A stretch of DNA of 64,000 nucleotides, taken from contig JAHLTZ010000024.1 of the NCBI GenBank assembly GCA_025786725.1, forward strand, positions 186,001-250,000, read 5' to 3'. Below, piece after piece: positions 62,806 through 64,000 of this stretch (positions are counted from its first letter, which is position 1; each line of letters starts with the position of its first letter). Position numbers and translations under genes: made by a program. Below the pieces are notes generated by a model that saw only the letters and a program-made list of their open reading frames with translations, was not told where the DNA came from and made no database searches. The DNA is from Syncephalis fuscata S228 (taxonomy: Eukaryota; Fungi; Zoopagomycota).

Positions 62806-64000
62806 ATGACCGCATTAACCAACGGTAAATATACTGGACTACATTTTGTGTATAATACATGTTGTAACCAACTATGATTGTATTAAGAGGAGCCAAGTTT
62901 GTTGGCGGTTATTATAGATACAAATCCATTGGGTTGGAGTCGACTTGGTCACGGAGATGGCCAAAAGAATAGTAATGGCAATAGTAGTGGCGATAGTGGC
63001 GTAGCTATGTTTACTAAAGCACTACGCCAAATATTGGTATTTTTAAACTCATTTGTGGCACTTGATACGCGTAATCGTTTATTAGTATTGGCTGCACATC
63101 CTGGACATAGGTAAATTGTAAAGAATGGAGAAAGTAAGGAATCTAGTTACTGAATCTCGATTATAGTAGCGTTCTCTATGATAGTAATGCACCATCAACT
63201 TCGGCTGCTGCTACCACTGCCACTGCCACTACTAATGAACCAGTAACGGATATTGTTATGATGGAAGTTGATGGAGAGAATAAAGACCAGCAACAAGATA
63301 GAATCTATCCACAATTTAATGAGATGAACCAGCAGATTTGGTCGCATATGCAAAAGCTATTTACTGAATCTGAGACAACAGAATTTGCTTCAAATAATGG
63401 TAACAGTTATATAAATAGCTATTAATTAACTAATATTTATTAATATTTATTAATATTCTATTATAGGTCCTTCTATTGCTGGTGCTTTATCTATGGTGCT
63501 TTGTTGTAAGTTAATAGTCATTGATAGCGGTATTAATGTAACCAATAATTAATTAGACACCAATCGAGTACTTAAGGATCATGCAGCTATTCGCTGGCAG
63601 CCCCGTGCTCTTATTATATCGGCCTCAGAAGATGTACCATCACAGTATACGCCATTAATGAATTGTATATTTTCAGCTCAAAGATCAGTAAGTCATTTAT
63701 TATTTAATACTAACATTTAGTAACTATAATACTGAATAGAGTGTATCAGTTGATGTATGTAAAATACACCGTGGACGAGGTGTATTTCTACGTCAAGCTG
63801 CGCATATTACTGGTGGATTGCATTTTACTATTCAACGCCCTAATGCATTGTTACAATACTTATTGGTATGTTATACACATTTATATATACATTTACATAT
63901 GTATATATATATATAATAGATACTTTTATTTACTAATTATATTAGAGTGCATTTCTACCGGATGTTAAACTACGCGAAAGTTTATGTCTACCTAATCGCG
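62806..64000 (+). CDS. TFB4: TFIIH subunit Tfb4/p34 (partial, spliced)
   Basis: SLLAVIIDTNPLGW, LRQILVFLNSFVALDTRNRLLVLA, IAGALSMVLC, SQYTPLMNCIFSAQR and FLRQAAHITGG. Confidence 0.9.

Overview
AT-rich, intron-dense fungal genomic DNA. The short GTAAGT..TAG introns and gene content suggest an early-diverging fungus, possibly a Zoopagomycota mycoparasite such as Syncephalis; this taxon call is inference only. Housekeeping genes: mitochondrial EF-G2 3' end, GSK3, ETF-QO, tRNA-Tyr, ICMT-like methyltransferase, alpha-actinin, Fab1/PIKfyve, NRP1-like RanBP2-finger protein, RNF121, FIBP, ZNHIT3, Ub-RPL40, citrate synthase, delta-COP, LHS1 and TFB4. Accessory islands carry tandem secreted Shewanella-like phosphatases, an AA11-type LPMO, a secreted-protein pseudogene and MITE-like repeats. 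Main discovery: the apparent ~82-bp satellite at 51.5-54.2 kb is, on the minus strand, a chain of 33 canonical introns separating 31 three-nucleotide exons. Splicing them gives a 67-aa prepropeptide, MKLSIAVVCTITMALVTTTAMVDANPTLARRGAQLLAKR-ANPFCPCGVTFGNCPPPSGPPCQVCAPC*. It has a signal peptide, RR/KR Kex2-type sites and a 28-aa six-cysteine mature peptide in which every codon is split by an intron. The locus is bracketed by a 311-bp near-perfect inverted repeat. Many conserved genes carry single-base deletions, mostly in short homopolymers, that look like assembly errors.
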